Assembly (NCBI RefSeq): GCF_009914755.1
Contig: NC_060947.1
Length of the DNA stretch: 64,000 nt
Origin: the human T2T-CHM13v2.0 reference genome, Homo sapiens
Strand: one strand, 5' to 3'
The stretch's first letter is position 1, and every line of letters starts with the position of its first letter. This document shows, one piece after another, positions 39,875 through 54,100 of this stretch. A model generated the notes under the pieces. That model saw nothing but the letters and a program-made list of their open reading frames with translations. It had not been told where the DNA came from and searched no databases. Both the position numbers and the translations under genes were made by a program.

Positions 39875-40293
39875 TGATATAGTTTGGGTATATTTTCTCC
39901 TCAAATTTCATGTTGAAATTTGATCCCTAATGTTGGAGGTGGGCCCTAAAAGGAAGTGTTTGGGTCATGGGGGCAGATCCCTCATAAATGGCTAGGTGCT
40001 GTCACCACATGGTAATGAGTGATTTCTCACTCTGTTAGTTCCCATGAGAACTGCTTGTTAAAAAGAGGCTGGCACCTTCCTCCTCTCTTTCTTGCTTCCA
40101 CTCTCATCATGTCATGCCTTCTTCCCTTTGCCTTCAGCCACAAGCAGAAGCAGTCGGAGGCCCTCAGAAGAAGCAGGTGCTGGTGCCACACTTCTTGTAC
40201 AGCCTGCAGAACTGTGAACCAAATAAACCGCTTCATATTGCAAATTACCCAGCCTCAGGTGTTCCTTTATAGCAATACAAAGTGATTAAAACA
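39875..40293 (+). mobile_element. MSTB-like MaLR solo LTR
   Basis: TG..CA termini, perfect 5-bp TSD GCTTA, gggtcatgggggcagatccctc. Confidence 0.85.
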
Positions 40294-40712
40294 GCTTATA
40301 AGATATAGTGTTCTTCTGTATTTTTCTTCCTTCTTATCTCTCGCTCTTCTTCCCTGTCCCCTTTATAGGTTCACTGTCTCCCCATTTAGTCATGTTGTAT
40401 TATTCTTTTTATGTATTGCTGCATTCAATCTACTTTGATTTTGTTAAGGACTTATATTTCTGGCCATAAAGGATATTGGTCCATAGTTTTCTTTCCTTGT
40501 AATGTCTTTGTCTTGTTTTCTTATCACAGGGTAATACTAACTTCTTAAAGTTAGAATGTGTTTTTCTTCTTTTATTTGCTGGAAGAGATTGTGTAGAATT
40601 GGTGTTAATTCTTTAAATGTTTGGTAGAATTTTCTAGTGAAACTATTTGGGCCTGGAGAGTTCTTTTATGGGGCTTTTAAATTTTGATTTGAGTTTATGT
40701 AATAATTATAGA

Positions 40713-41013
40713 GGCTGGGTGCAGTCGCTCATGCCTATAATCCTAGCACTTTGGAAAGCTGAGGTGAGTGGATCGCTTGAGCCCAGGAGTTCGAGACCAG
40801 CCTGGGCAACATGGCGAAAACCCATCTTTACAAACAATACAAAAATTAGCCTAGCATGGTGGCACACACCTGTAGTCCCAGTGACTGGGGAGGCTGAATT
40901 AGGAGGATCCCCTGAGCCCAGGAAGCCAAGGCTGCAGTGAGCCATGATTGCACCACTGTACTCCAGCCTGGGCTACAGAGTGAGACCCTGTCTCAAAAAG
41001 AAAAAAAAAAAAA
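40713..41013 (+). mobile_element. Alu (AluJb-like)
   Basis: ggatcgcttgagcccaggagttcgagaccagcctgggcaac. A-tail present. Confidence 0.9.
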
Positions 41014-41040
41014 GAGCTATGGAGCCATTTACATCATCTG

Positions 41041-41407
41041 TAATATGGTTTGGCTGTGTCCTCACCCAAATCTCATCTTGAATTGTAACTCCCACAATTC
41101 CCATGTGAGAAAGAACCCAGTGGGAGGTAATTGAATCATGGGGGCAGGTCTTTCCCATGCTGTTCTCATGATAGTGAATAAGTCTCTCACCAGAGCTGAC
41201 GGTTTTAAAAGCAGGAGTTTCCCTGCACGAGCGCTCCCTTTGCCTGCCACCATCCACGTAAGACGTGACTTGCTCCTCCTTGCCTTCCACCATGATTGTG
41301 AGGCTTCCCCAGCCATGTGGAACTGTAAGTTCATTAAACCTCTTTCTTTTGTAAATTGAGCAGTCTTGGTTATGTCTTTATCAGCAGCGTGAAAACAGAC
41401 TAATCCA
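41041..41407 (+). mobile_element. THE1C-like MaLR solo LTR
   Basis: atatggtttggctgtgtcctcacccaaatctcatcttgaattgt..gtgaaaacagactaat. TSD ATCTG / ATCTA. Confidence 0.88.
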
Positions 41408-42229
41408 ATCTATTTCATACTGAATGAGTCATGGTAGTTTGTGGTTTTTAAAGAATGTGGTCTATTTGTCTATATTATCAAATTTATATGCGTAGAGTTG
41501 TTTGTAATATACTTACTATCATTTTGATGTCTTCAGGGTCTCTCATGACATCCCTTGTTTTATTCGTGATATTGGTCATTTGTGTTTTCTCTCTTTTCTT
41601 TTTGTTGTCTGCCTTGCTAGAGGTTTGTCAATTTTATTGATCTTTGCAAATATCCCATTCTTTTTTTATCTTTCTATTGTTTTTCTGTCATCAATTTCAT
41701 TGATTTCTGCTTTTATCTTTATTACTTCTTTCCTTCTGCTTGCTTGAAGTTTATTTTGCTCTTTTTTTCTGTATTCTTAAGATGGGAGCATAGGTTATTG
41801 ATTTGAAGCTTTTCCCTTCCTTCCAATATGTGCATTTAGTGCTAAAAAGTTTTCTCTAAGTTCTTCTTTAGCTATTTCCCACAAATTTTGATATGTTGTA
41901 TTTTCATTTTCATTCAGTTCAGTGTATTTTTTATTTCCCTGATATTTCTTTTTTTGACCCATGGACTTCTTTTTAGACCCATTTAGAAATGTGTTGTTTA
42001 GCTTCTGTGTATTCATAGATTTTTAAAATTATCTTTCTGTTACTGATATCTAGTGTAATGATTAATACTGAGTGTCAACTTGATTGGATTGAAGGATACA
42101 AAGTATTGATCCTGTGGGTGTCTGTGAGGGTGTTGTCAAAGGAGATTAACATTTGAGTCAGCGGGCTGGGAAAGGCAGACCCAACCTAATCTGGGTGGGC
42201 ACAATCTAATCAGCTGCCAGCACAGCTAG

Positions 42230-42636
<407 letters not shown>

Positions 42637-42750
42637 CCCAAGTTCTTTAGTTTTGGAACTTGAACTGGCTCTCCTTGCTCCTCAGCCTGCAGATGGCCTA
42701 TTGTGGGACCTTGTGATCGTGTGAGTTAATACTTAATAAACTCCCCTTTA

Positions 42751-42820
<70 letters not shown>
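42751..42820. repeat. (TG)7(TA)28 microsatellite
   Basis: Counted directly from the sequence. Confidence 0.95.
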
Positions 42821-42823
<3 letters not shown>

Positions 42824-42861
42824 CATTAGTTCCATCCCTCTAGAGAACCTTGACTAATACA

Positions 42862-43965
42862 ACTTTTGGTACCAGGAGTGGAGTGTTGCTGAAAAGATAT
42901 CCAAAAATGTGGAAGTGACTTTGGAACTGGGTAACAGGCAGTGGTTGGAACAGTTTGGAGGGCTCAGAAAAAGACAGGAAAATGTGAGAAAGTTTGGAAC
43001 TTCTTAGATACTTGTTGAATGGCTTTGCCCAAAATGCTAGTAGTGATATGGACAATAAGGTTCAGGGTGAGGTGGTCTCAGATGGAGATGAGGAACTTAT
43101 TGGGAACTGCAGTAAAGGTGACTCTTGTTACATTTTAGCAAAGAGACTGGCAGCATTTGCCCCTGCCCTAGAGATTTGTGGAACTTTGTACTTGAGAGAG
43201 ATGATTTAGGGTATCTGGCTGACGAAATTTCTAAGTAGTAAAGCATTCAAGAGGTGACTTGGGTGCGTGTAAAAGCATTCAGTTTTAAAAGGGAAACAAA
43301 GCATAAGTTTGAAAAATTTGCAGCCTGACAATGCGATAGAAAAGAAAATCCCATTTTCTGGGGAGAAATTCAAGCAGGCTGCAGAAGTTTGCATAAGTGA
43401 CAAGGAGCCAAATGTTAATCTCCAAGACAATGGGCAAAATGTCTCCAGGGCATGTCAGAGGTTTTCACAGCAGCCCCACCAATCACAGGGCCAGAGGCCT
43501 AGGAGCAAAATGTGGTTTTGTGGGCCGGGCCCAGGGTCCCTGAGCTGTGTGCAGCCTAGGGACTTTGTGCCCTGCATCCCAGCCGCTCCAGCCATGGCTG
43601 AAAGGGGCCAACATAGAGCTCGGGCTGTGGCTTTAGATGGTGCAAGCACCAAGCCTTGGAAGCTTCCATATGGTGTTGAGCCTACGGGTACACAGAAGTC
43701 AAGAATTGAGGTTTGGGAACCTCCACCTAGATTTCAGAAGATTTATGAAAACGCCTGGATGCCCAGGCGGAAGTTTGCTGCAGGGGTGGGGCTCTCATGG
43801 AGAACCTCTGCTAGGGTGGTGCAGAAGGGAAATGTGGGGTGAGAGCCCCCACACAAAGTCCCTGCTGGGACACTGCCTAGTGGAGTTGTGAGAAGAGGGC
43901 CATCATCCTCCAGACCCCAGAATGGTAGATCCACTGACAGCTTGAGCCATGTGCCTGGAAATACA
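42862..43965 (+). mobile_element. THE1/MST-type MaLR internal sequence (3'-deleted), ending in an LTR-terminal AATACA
   Basis: gctgaaaagatatccaaaaatgtggaagtgactttggaactgggtaacaggcag..gtggtctcagatggagatgaggaactt matches the THE1-int start. ORFs 42994-43209 and 43309-43842 are MaLR internal ORF remnants. Confidence 0.85.
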
Positions 43966-46413
43966 TCTAGCTTGACTCCATTTTGGTCAGAAAACACACT
44001 CACTATATGAGTTCAATTCTTTTAAATTTGTTGGGGTTTGCTTTTGTATCCTAAAACAGAGTATATCTTAGTATATGTTACATGGGCCTTTGATGTCAGA
44101 TAATGTCAGTTTTTTGACTTTGTTCTCTTTTTCTAAAAATGTATTTGCTATTCTAGTTCCCTAGACTGCCTATATAAATTTTTGAATTTGTTTTTTATAT
44201 CTACTATGTCTACTAAAAATTTCCTGAGATTTTTATTGTGATTGCTTTGAATCCATAGATCAATTTGGGGAAATTTCACATCTTAGCAATATTGTCTTTC
44301 AAACCATGGATATGATATCAATCCATTTAGTTAGGATTTCTTTCATTTCTTTTACTAGTGTTTTGTAGTTTTCAACCTGTGGATCCTGCACCTATATTTT
44401 ACCTTTTTCATTACTTATACCTTTTTCATTTTTTTATGCTTTTGTAAATGATACTTTTAAAACTGTAAATTCCAATTACCATTACTAGTACATGGAAGTA
44501 CAATTAATTTTTATATGTAGTGCTTTTCTCATCAGCCTTATGAAACTTAGTAGTTCTAGGAGATTTTTGGTAGATGCTTTGGGATTTTCTATGTAAACAT
44601 GTCATCTGGAAGTAGAGACAGTTTTATTTCATTTCTTTTAATCTGTTTGCTCTTCTTTTTCTTTTTCTTCTTTTACTTTATTTTATGGGCTAGGACTTGC
44701 AGTACAATGATGAATAGGAATGGTGATAGTGGACATCCTTGCCTTTTTTCAAATCTTAATGGGGATAACATTCAGTCATTCATCATTAATTATAGTGTTG
44801 ACTATGGATACTTTTGCAGATTATCTTTATTGGGTTCATGAAGTTACCTTATATTTCTAGTTTACGTAAAGTTTTATCATGAATAGATGCTGCATTTTAT
44901 GCAGGGCTTTCTGTGAATCTATGGAGATGGTCACAGTCACAGCTATTTTTTCTGCAGTCTATTAATATGGTAAATTGATTGATTTTTGAATGTTGAACCA
45001 GCCTCAACTCCCTGGGATAAACCTCACTTAATCATGTTGTATTATTCTTTTTATAATTTGCTGGATTCAATCTGCTATTATTTTGTTAAGGGCTTTTATA
45101 TTTTTGTTTATGAGGGATATTGGTCTTTAATTTTCTTTTCCTGTAAGTCTTTGATTTTAGTACAAGGGTAATTTTGACCTTAGAAAGTAAGATTGGAAGT
45201 GCTCTCTCCTCTTCTATCTTTTGAAAGAAAATGGGTAGAATTATTATTTTTTATTCCTTAAATGTTTTATAAAATTCACTAGTGAATCCATCTAGCCCTG
45301 GAGTTTTTCCTTTATTGGAAAATTTTAAACTATGAATTCATTTTTTATAGATATAGGACAATTTAGGATATAAATTTTTTCAGCAGACGTTGATAATGTG
45401 AGTTATTTGTTTCATTTCATCTAAGGTGTTAAATTTATGGACATGGATTTATCTGTAGTATGCCCTTATTATCTTTTTTAATTCCAGTGGGATCTACATC
45501 GATATCTTGTCTTTCATTACAGATGTTGGTAATTTGTGTCTTTTCTGTTTTTTCTTGGTCACTCTTGCTTGCAAGAGGTCTATCAATTTTATTGATTTTT
45601 TTTAAAGAATTAACTTTTAGCTTCATTGGTTTTTCTCTATTGTTTTTCTATGATATTGATGGATTCTTGCAGTTATCATCTTTTAAATTTTATTTTCCTT
45701 GGGTTTAATTAGCTATTTTTACTCTGATCTTAAGGTGGAATCTTAGTTTATCAATTTGAAACCTTTCTTCTTTTCTAATATATGCATTTAATGCTGTAAG
45801 CTTCCCTCTAAGCATTGCTTTATCTTCTTCCACAAATATTGATATGTTATACCTTTATTTTCATTTTGTTGAAATGTTTTGTAGTTTCTTTTGAGACTTC
45901 ATTTTGACCCATGGTTATTTAGAAGTGCATGGTTTAATTTTTAAATATTTGGAGATTTTCTAAATATCTTTCTATAATTCATTTCTAATGTTACTCTGGA
46001 ATATACTTTCTATGATTTCGATGCTTTTAAGTTTAAAGCTTGTTTTGTAGCCCAGAATATGCTCTATCTTGCTGAATATTCCATAAGCACGTGAAAATAC
46101 ACATGTAGTCTGCTGTTGTTGGGAGGCGTGTTCTGTACATATCAATTTAGTCAGTTTGGTTGATAATGTGTTATAGATATTTTCTATTCTTAAGAATTTT
46201 CGGCTTGCTTGTTCTACAAATTACTAAGAGTGTTGAAGTCCTCAACTATAATTGTGGATTTGCTGTTTCTCCTTTCAGTTCTGTTGGTTCTTGCTTCAAG
46301 TATTTTGAGGCTATGTTGTTGAATGCATACATCCTTAGGATTGTTACATCTTCTTCTAGAATTGACTCTTTATGCTTCTTTGTACCTGATAATATTCCTT
46401 GTTCTAATTCTAT

Positions 46414-48970
46414 CATGGTAGGCAGAATAATTAGCTCCCAAAGAAGTCCATTTGGTAATGTCCGGAACCTGTGAATATGTTAGGTTGCATTGCAAAGGGG
46501 GATGAAGGTTGCAGATGGAATTAAGTTTACTGACCACCTGACCTGGAGATGGGGAAGATTATTCTTGATTATCTGGGTGGGCTCAGTGTAATCAAAAGGG
46601 TCCTTACAGGTGGAAACAAAGGGCATAATAGAACCAGGGAGATGGTGTTGTGAGAAAGACTTGGTCCAGCATTGCTGGCTTTGATGATGGAGTAAGGGGA
46701 CAAAAAACAAAGAATGTGGAAAGCCTTTAGAAGTTAGAAAGGGTAAATAAATGGAATCTTCACTACAGCCTTCAGAAAAGAGCATGGTAGCCAGAACAAT
46801 CAAGCAAGAGAAAAAAATAAAAGGCATCCAAATTGGAAAAGAGGAAGTCAAATCATCTCTGTTCAATTATCTCTGACAATATGATCTTATACCTAAAAAA
46901 CCTTAAAGACTCCTCCAAAAGACTTAAATTTGATAAATAAATTTAGTAAAGTTATAGCTTACAAAGTCAATGTACAAAATTCAGTGGCATATATATACAC
47001 CAATAACTATCAAGCTGAGAACCATACCAAGAAGGCAATCCCATTTACAATAGCTACAAAAAATAAAATACCTGAGAATATATTTAACCAAGGAAATGAA
47101 AGATCTCTATAAGGAAAACTACACAATGCTGAGGAAAGAAATTATAGATGACACAAACAATTGGAAAAATATCCCATGTTTATGGATCAGAAGAATTAAT
47201 ATCATCAAAATGACCATACTACCCATAGCAATCTACAGATTCAATGAAATCCCTATCAAAATACCAATGTCATTTTCACAGAATTAAGAAAAAGAATCCT
47301 AAAATTCATGTGTAACCAAAAAGAGAGCCTGAATAGCCAAAGCAATTCTAAGCAAAAAGAACAAAGCTGGAGGCATCGCATTACCTGACCTCAAATTATA
47401 TGACCAGACCACAAATTAAAATATTATTTTGTTTATATAGTAAACAAAACAACATGGTACTGGTATAAAAACAGATACATAGATAAATGGAACAGAGTAG
47501 ACAACTCAGAAATAAGCCACATATCTAGAGACAATGGACCTTTTGCAAAGTTGGCAAAAATATACACTGGGGTAAGGACACCTTTTTCAATAAATGGTGC
47601 TGGGAAAATTGGATTACTATAAGCAGAAGAATGAAACCAGAGCCCTATCTCATATCATATACAGAAATCAACTCAAGATGGATTAAAGACTTCAATGTAA
47701 GACCTGAAACATAAAAATACTAGGGAAAACTCTTCTGGACATTAGTCTAGACAAATAATTCATGACTTAGTCCTTAAAAGCACAAGCGACAACAACAAAA
47801 ATTGACAAATGGGACTTAATTAAGTTAAAAAGTTTCTGTACAGCAAAAGAAATAATCAATAGCATGAGGAGATAACAAGCAGAATGGGAGAAAAGATTTG
47901 CAAGCTATGCATCTGGCAGGAGACTGATATCCAGAATTTATAAGGAAATCAACTCATCAACAACAACAAAACAACCCTATTAAAAAGTGGGCAAAGGACA
48001 TGAATCAACGGTTTTCAAAAGAATTACACAGAAATGGCCAACAAGCATATTAAAAAATGTTCACCATCACCAGCCATCAGATAAGTACAAATTAAAACCA
48101 CAAGGAGATCATTTTACACCAGTCAGAATGGCTATTACTAAAAAGACAGAAAAAAAACGTGTTGGCAGGGGTGTGAGGAAAAGAGAAAGCTTATGCACTG
48201 TTGGTGGGCAAGTAAGTTAGTACAGCCTCTGTGGAAAACAGTATGGAGATTTTTCAAAGAACTAAAAATAGAACTAACATTTGATCCAGCAGTCCCACTA
48301 CTGAGTATCCACCCAAAGACAAATAAATAATTATATAAAAAAGATACTTGCACTTGTATGTTTATCACAGCACTATTCGCAATAGCAAAATGTGGAATCA
48401 ATTTAAGGGTCTATCAGTGAATTATTGGACAAAGAAAATGTGGTGCATATACACCATGAATACTCTTTAGCCATAAAAATGAATGAAATCATGTATTTTG
48501 CAACAACATGTATGGAACTGGAAGCCGTTATCTTAAGTGAAACAACTCAGAAACAGAAAGTCAAATACTGCATGTTCTCACTCATAAGCAGGAGGTAAAT
48601 AATGTGTATACATGGACATGAGTGTGGAATAATAGTCACTGAAGACTCAGAAAGGAGGGAGGGAGGAAGTGGGGTGAGGGATGAGAAATACTCAATGGAT
48701 GCAATATACACTATTTGAGTGATGGTTACACTAAAAGCCCAGACTTCGCCACTAAGCAGTATATCCATGTAGCAACACTGCAGTTGTACCCCTTACATGT
48801 ATACAAAGGCAAAAACAAAAAAGAAACACAACCTTACAAACCCATTGATTTTAGCCCAGAGAGACCCATTTTGGACTTCTGACTCCAAGAACTGTAAGAT
48901 AATAATTTTACATTTTTTAGGCCACAGATTTGGTGGTAATTTGTTACAGCAGCAATAAAAAACTAATACA
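46414..48970 (+). mobile_element. MLT1D LTR (46414-46787 and ~48823-48970) split by an L1PB
   Basis: TSD TCTAT at 46409-46413 and 48971-48975. ggtaggcagaataa start and aactaataca end. Confidence 0.85.
46788..48822 (+). mobile_element. 5'-truncated L1PB3/L1PB4-like element
   Basis: ORF 47096-47287 ([23 protein letters not shown]). 3'UTR gatggttacactaaaagcccagacttc. A-rich tail. Confidence 0.85.
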
Positions 48971-49358
48971 TCTATTTTGATTATAAGAGATACCGAGGCT
49001 ATTTTTTTTCCATAGGTTATTGGGGTACAGGTGGTATTTGGTTACATGAGTAAGTTCTTTAGCAGTGATTTATGAGATTTTGGTACACCCATCACCCAAA
49101 CAGTATACACTACACCATATTTGTAGTCTTTTATCCCTCAACCCCCTCCCACTCTTTCCCCCCAAGTCCCCAAAGTTCATTGTATCACTCTTATGCCTTT
49201 GCGTCCTCATAGCTTAGCTCCCATGTATCAGTGATAACATACGATGTTTGGTTTTCCATTCCTGAGTTACTTCACTTAGAATAATAGTCTCCAATCTCAT
49301 CTCGGTCACTGCAAATACTGCTAATTAATTCCTTTTTATGGCTGAGTGGTATTCCATC

Positions 49359-50339
49359 ATATATATATTATATATATAAATTATATATTATATATATTAT
49401 ATTATATATTATGTAATTTATATATATTATATATTATGTAATTTATATACATTATATATTATGTAATTTATATATATTATATATTATGTAATTTATATAT
49501 ATTATATATTATATAATTTATATATATTATATATTATGTAATTTATATATATTATATATTATGTAATTTATATATATTATATATTATGTAATTTATATAT
49601 ATTATATATTATGTAATTTATATATATTATATATTATATAATATTATCTATATTTTATATATTATATTATATAATATATTATATATAACATTATATAATA
49701 TATTTATATATAACATATTATATAATACATAATATATATAACATATATAATTATTATATATGCTATATACTATATCATATATAATTATTATATATGATAT
49801 ATACTATATCATACATAATTATATATACTATATCATATATAATTATATATACTATATCATATATAATTATATATTATATTTATACTATTATTTATTATTA
49901 TATATTAATTATTAATTATTATCCATTAATTATATATTATATTATATATAATTATAATTATTATATATTATATTATATATAATTATAATTATTTTATATT
50001 ATATATAATTATAATTATTATATATTATATTATATATAATTATAATTATTATATATTATATTATATATAATTATAATTATTATATATTATATGTTATACA
50101 TATATGATTATATATAATTATTATATATTATATATTGTACATATATAATTATATATAATTATTATACATTATATATTATACATATATGATTATATGTAAT
50201 TATTATATATTATATATTATACATATATAATTATATATAATTATATAATATATAATATATAATTATATATAACTATATAATATAAATAAAATAATTATAT
50301 ATATAATTATATATTATATATAAATATATTTATATATAT
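49359..50339. repeat. ~1 kb AT-rich compound minisatellite inside the L1PB1 3' region
   Basis: 25-bp unit with ATGTAATTT every 25 nt from 49411 to 49611, followed by other ~24-31 bp AT units. Very few G/C. Confidence 0.95.
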
Positions 50340-51701
50340 CACACAGTTTCTTTACCCACTTGTTGATTGATGGGCATTTGGGTTGTTTCCACAATTTCAC
50401 AAATGTGAATTGTGCTGCTATAAACATGCGTGTGCATGTATCTTCTTCGAATAGTGACTTCTTTTCCTCTGGGTAGATATGCAGTAGTGGGATTGCTGGA
50501 TCAAATGGTAGTTTTACTTTTAGTTCTTTAAGGACTCTCCACACTGTTTTCCATAGTGGCTGTACTAGTTTACATTCCCACCAACAGTGTAGAAGTGTTC
50601 CGTGGTCACCGCATCCATGCCAACACATACTGTTTTTTGATTTTTTGATCATGGCCACTCTTGCAGGAGTGAGGTGGTATCGCATTGTGGTTTTGATTTG
50701 CATTTCCCTGATCACTAGTGATGTTGAATATTTTTTCATATGTTTGTTGGCCATTTGTATATCTTCTTTTGAGAATTGTCTATTCATGTCTTTAGCCCAC
50801 TTTTTGATGGGATTGTTGGTTTTTTTCTTACTGATTTGTTTGAGTTTGTTGTAGATTCTGGATATTAGTCCTCTGTCAGATGTATAGATTATGAGGACTT
50901 TCTTTCACTCTCTGGGTTGCCTGTTTACTCTGCTGACTGTTCCTTTTGACACGCAAAAGCTCTTTAGTTTAATTAGGTCCCAACTATTTATCTTTGTTTT
51001 TATTGCATTTGCTTTTGGGTTCTTGGTCATGAAATCCTTGCCTAAGCCAATGTCAAGAAGGGTTTTTCCAATGTTATTTTCTAGAATTTTTATAGTTTCA
51101 GGTTTAAGTCCTTAATCCATCTTGAGTTGATTTTTGTATACGGTGAGAGATGAGGATCCAGTTTCATTCTCTTACATGTGGCTAGCCAATTATCCCAGCA
51201 CCATTTGTTGAAAAGGGTGTCCTTTCCCCACTTTATGTTTTTGTTTACTTTGTTGAGGTCAGTTGGCTATAAGTATTTGGGCTTATTTCTAGGTTCTCTA
51301 TTCTGTTCCACTGGTCTATGTGCCTATTTTTATACCAGTACCATACTGTTTTGGTGACTGTGGCCTTATAGTATAGTTTGAAATCAGGTAGTGTGATGCC
51401 TCCAGATTTGTTCTTTCGCTTAGTCTTGCTTTGGCTATGCAGTTCTTTCTTGGTTCCATATGAATTTTAGAATTGTTTTTTCTAATTCTGTGAAGAATGA
51501 TGGTGGTAGTTTGATGGAGATTGCATTGAATTTGTAGATTGCTTTTGGCAGTGTGGTCATTTTCACAATATTGATTCTACCCATCCATGAGCATGGCATG
51601 TGTTTCCATTTGTTTGTGTCATCCATGATTTCTTTCAGCAGTGTTTTGTAGTTTTCCTTGTAGAGGTCTTTCAACTCCTTGGTTAGGTATATTCCTAAGT
51701 A

Positions 51702-51703
<2 letters not shown>

Positions 51704-51756
<53 letters not shown>
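51704..51756. repeat. (TTA)n microsatellite, ~17 units
   Basis: Seen directly within the L1PB1. Confidence 0.95.
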
Positions 51757-53389
51757 TTGCAGCAATGGTAGAAGGGGTTGAGTTCTTGATTTGATTCTCC
51801 GCTTGGTCGCTGTTGGTGTATGGAAGAGCTACTGATTTGTGTACCTTAATCTTGTATCTGGAAACTTTGCTGAATTCTTTTATCAGTTCTAGGAGCTTTT
51901 TGGAGGAGTCTTCAGGGTTTTCAAGGTAAACGATCATATCATCAGCAAACAGTGACGGTCTGACTTCCTCCTTACAGATTTGGATGTCCTTGCTTTCTCT
52001 TGTCTGATTGCTCTGGCTGGGACTTCCAGTACTATGTTGAAGAGGAGTGGTGACAGTGGACATCCTTGTCTTGTTCCAGTTCTCAGAGGGAATGATTTCA
52101 ACTTTTCCCCATTCAGTGCTATGTTGGCTGCAGGTTTGCCATACATGGCTTTTATTACATTAAGGTATTTATTAGATACTGAAAGATCCCTTGTATGCCG
52201 ATTTTGCTGAGAGTTTTAATCATGAAGCGATACTGGATTTTGTTGAATGCTTTTTCTGCATCTATTGAGATGATCATGTGATTTCTCATTTTAATTCTGT
52301 TTATGTAGTGTATCACATTTATTGACTTGTGTATGTTAAACATTCCCTGCATCCCTGATATGTGATCCACTTGATCATGGTGGATTACCTTTTTGATATG
52401 CTGTTGGGTTTGTTTAGCTAGTATTTTGTTAAGGATTTTAGCATCTATGTTCACCAAGGATATTGGTCTGTAGTTTTCTTTTTAGATTATGTCCCTTCCT
52501 GGTTTTGGTATTAGGGTGATGCTGGCTTCATAGAATGAATTAGGGAGGGTTTCTTCTTTCTCTATCTTGTGGAATAGTGTCAAAAGTATTGGTACCAATT
52601 CTTCTTTGAATGTCTGGTAGAATTCTGCTGTGAATCTGCCTGGTCCTGGACTTTTTGTTGTTGTTGGTAATTTTTAAATTACCATTTCAATCTCACTGCT
52701 TGTTATTGGTCTGTTCAGGGTATCTAATTGTTCCTGATTTAAGCTAGGAGGGTTGTATTTTTCCAATAATTTATCCATCTCTTCTAGGTTTTCTAGTTTA
52801 TGTGTGTAAAGGTGTTCATAGTAGTCTCGAATGATCTTTTGTATTTCAGTGGTGTCAGTTGTAATATCTCCTGTTTCACTTCTTAGTGAGCTTATTTGGA
52901 TTTTCTCTCTTCTTTTCTTGGCTAATCTTGCCAATAGTCTATCAATTTTATTTATCTTTTCAAAGAACTAGCTTTTTGTTTCATTTATCTTTTGTATTGT
53001 TATTTTGTTTCAATTTCATTTCGTTCTGCTCTAATCTTGGTTATTTCCTTTCTTCTGGGTTTGGGTTTGGTTTGCTCTTGTTTCTCTAGATCCTTGAGGT
53101 GTGACCTTAGAATGTCAGTTTGTGCTCTTTCAGTCTTTTTGTTGTAAGCACTTAGGGCACTGCCTTTGCTGTATCCAGAAGTTTTAGTAGGTTGTGTCAT
53201 TATTGTCGTTCAGTTCAAAGAATTTTTAAGTTTCCATCTTGATTTCATTTTTGAACCAATGATCACTCAGGAGCATGTTATTTAATTTCAATGTATTTGC
53301 ATGATTTTGAAGGTTCCTTTTTGAGTTGATTTCCAGTTTTAGTCCACTATTAGTTTGTTAAACTAAAACAAGTGGCTGTTAGTTGAGTT

Positions 53390-53650
53390 TTATTCACTCA
53401 ACAAATGAGTAGCTGCTCAGGCACTGTTGTGGGGGGTTGGGATATATCAGCAAACAAAACAGGCAAGGATCCCTGCCCTCATGGGGCTTCCATCCTTGTT
53501 GGGCATGGGAGGGCAAACAGCAAACAACAAAGAATAAATATAATAAGGTGTTTGTGATATGATAGAAAAGAGAAAAAAGGGTTAGGTGAAAGATCTTTGA
53601 AGTACTAGCAGAGGTGGAGAGTATGGTGAGGGTTATAACTTTCATCTCTG
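53390..53650 (-). mobile_element. L2 3' fragment
   Basis: tattcactcaacaaatgagtagctgctcaggcactgtt..aggcaaggatccctgccctcatggggcttcc. Confidence 0.65.
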
Positions 53651-53819
53651 AGGTGCTTACTAGCTTTTAAAATCTGATTCTATAGTGTTTATTCACTTAA
53701 TAATCATTATCATAGCAATTTAATATTAAAATACTTGTCCACAAATATATTTTAAAATTTATCATTTTTTAAGATATCTTTTGAGCATGCAATCTCTCCG
53801 GTGCCCTGTGCTCTCAGGG

Positions 53820-54100
53820 TTTGCAGCACTATTCACAATAACCAATATATGGATTCAACCTAAGTGTCTATCAATTGATAAATGGATAAAGTATGGTACA
53901 TATACACAATGGAGAGCTATTCAACTATAAAAAATAATGAAATCTTATCATTTGCAGCAACATGGATGGAACTGGATATTACAATGTTAAGTGAAATAAG
54001 CCAGGCACAGAAAGACAAATATCATGTTTTCACTCATATGTGGAAGCTAAAAAAGTGGATCGCATGGCAATAAAGAGTAGAATGATAGATACCGGAGGGT
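53820..54100 (+). mobile_element. L1MA-type 3' fragment
   Basis: ORF 53882-54073 (NEILSFAATWMELDITMLSEISQAQKDKY). Confidence 0.75.

Larger units (their letters stand above)
49001..53348 (-). mobile_element. L1PB1-like element (3'UTR plus most of ORF2, decayed)
   Basis: Minus ORFs include RT-domain text ([26 protein letters not shown]) and C-terminal ORF2 ([21 protein letters not shown]). L1PB1-type 3'UTR. Confidence 0.92.

Noticed and set aside
43309-43842. 177-aa ORF as a host gene
   Set aside because: A remnant of the MaLR internal ORF, broken by frameshifts/stops relative to the neighbouring 42994-43209 piece.
49411-49635. Regular 25-bp repeats as a CRISPR-like array
   Set aside because: Head-to-tail units without unique spacers, no cas genes, eukaryotic context.
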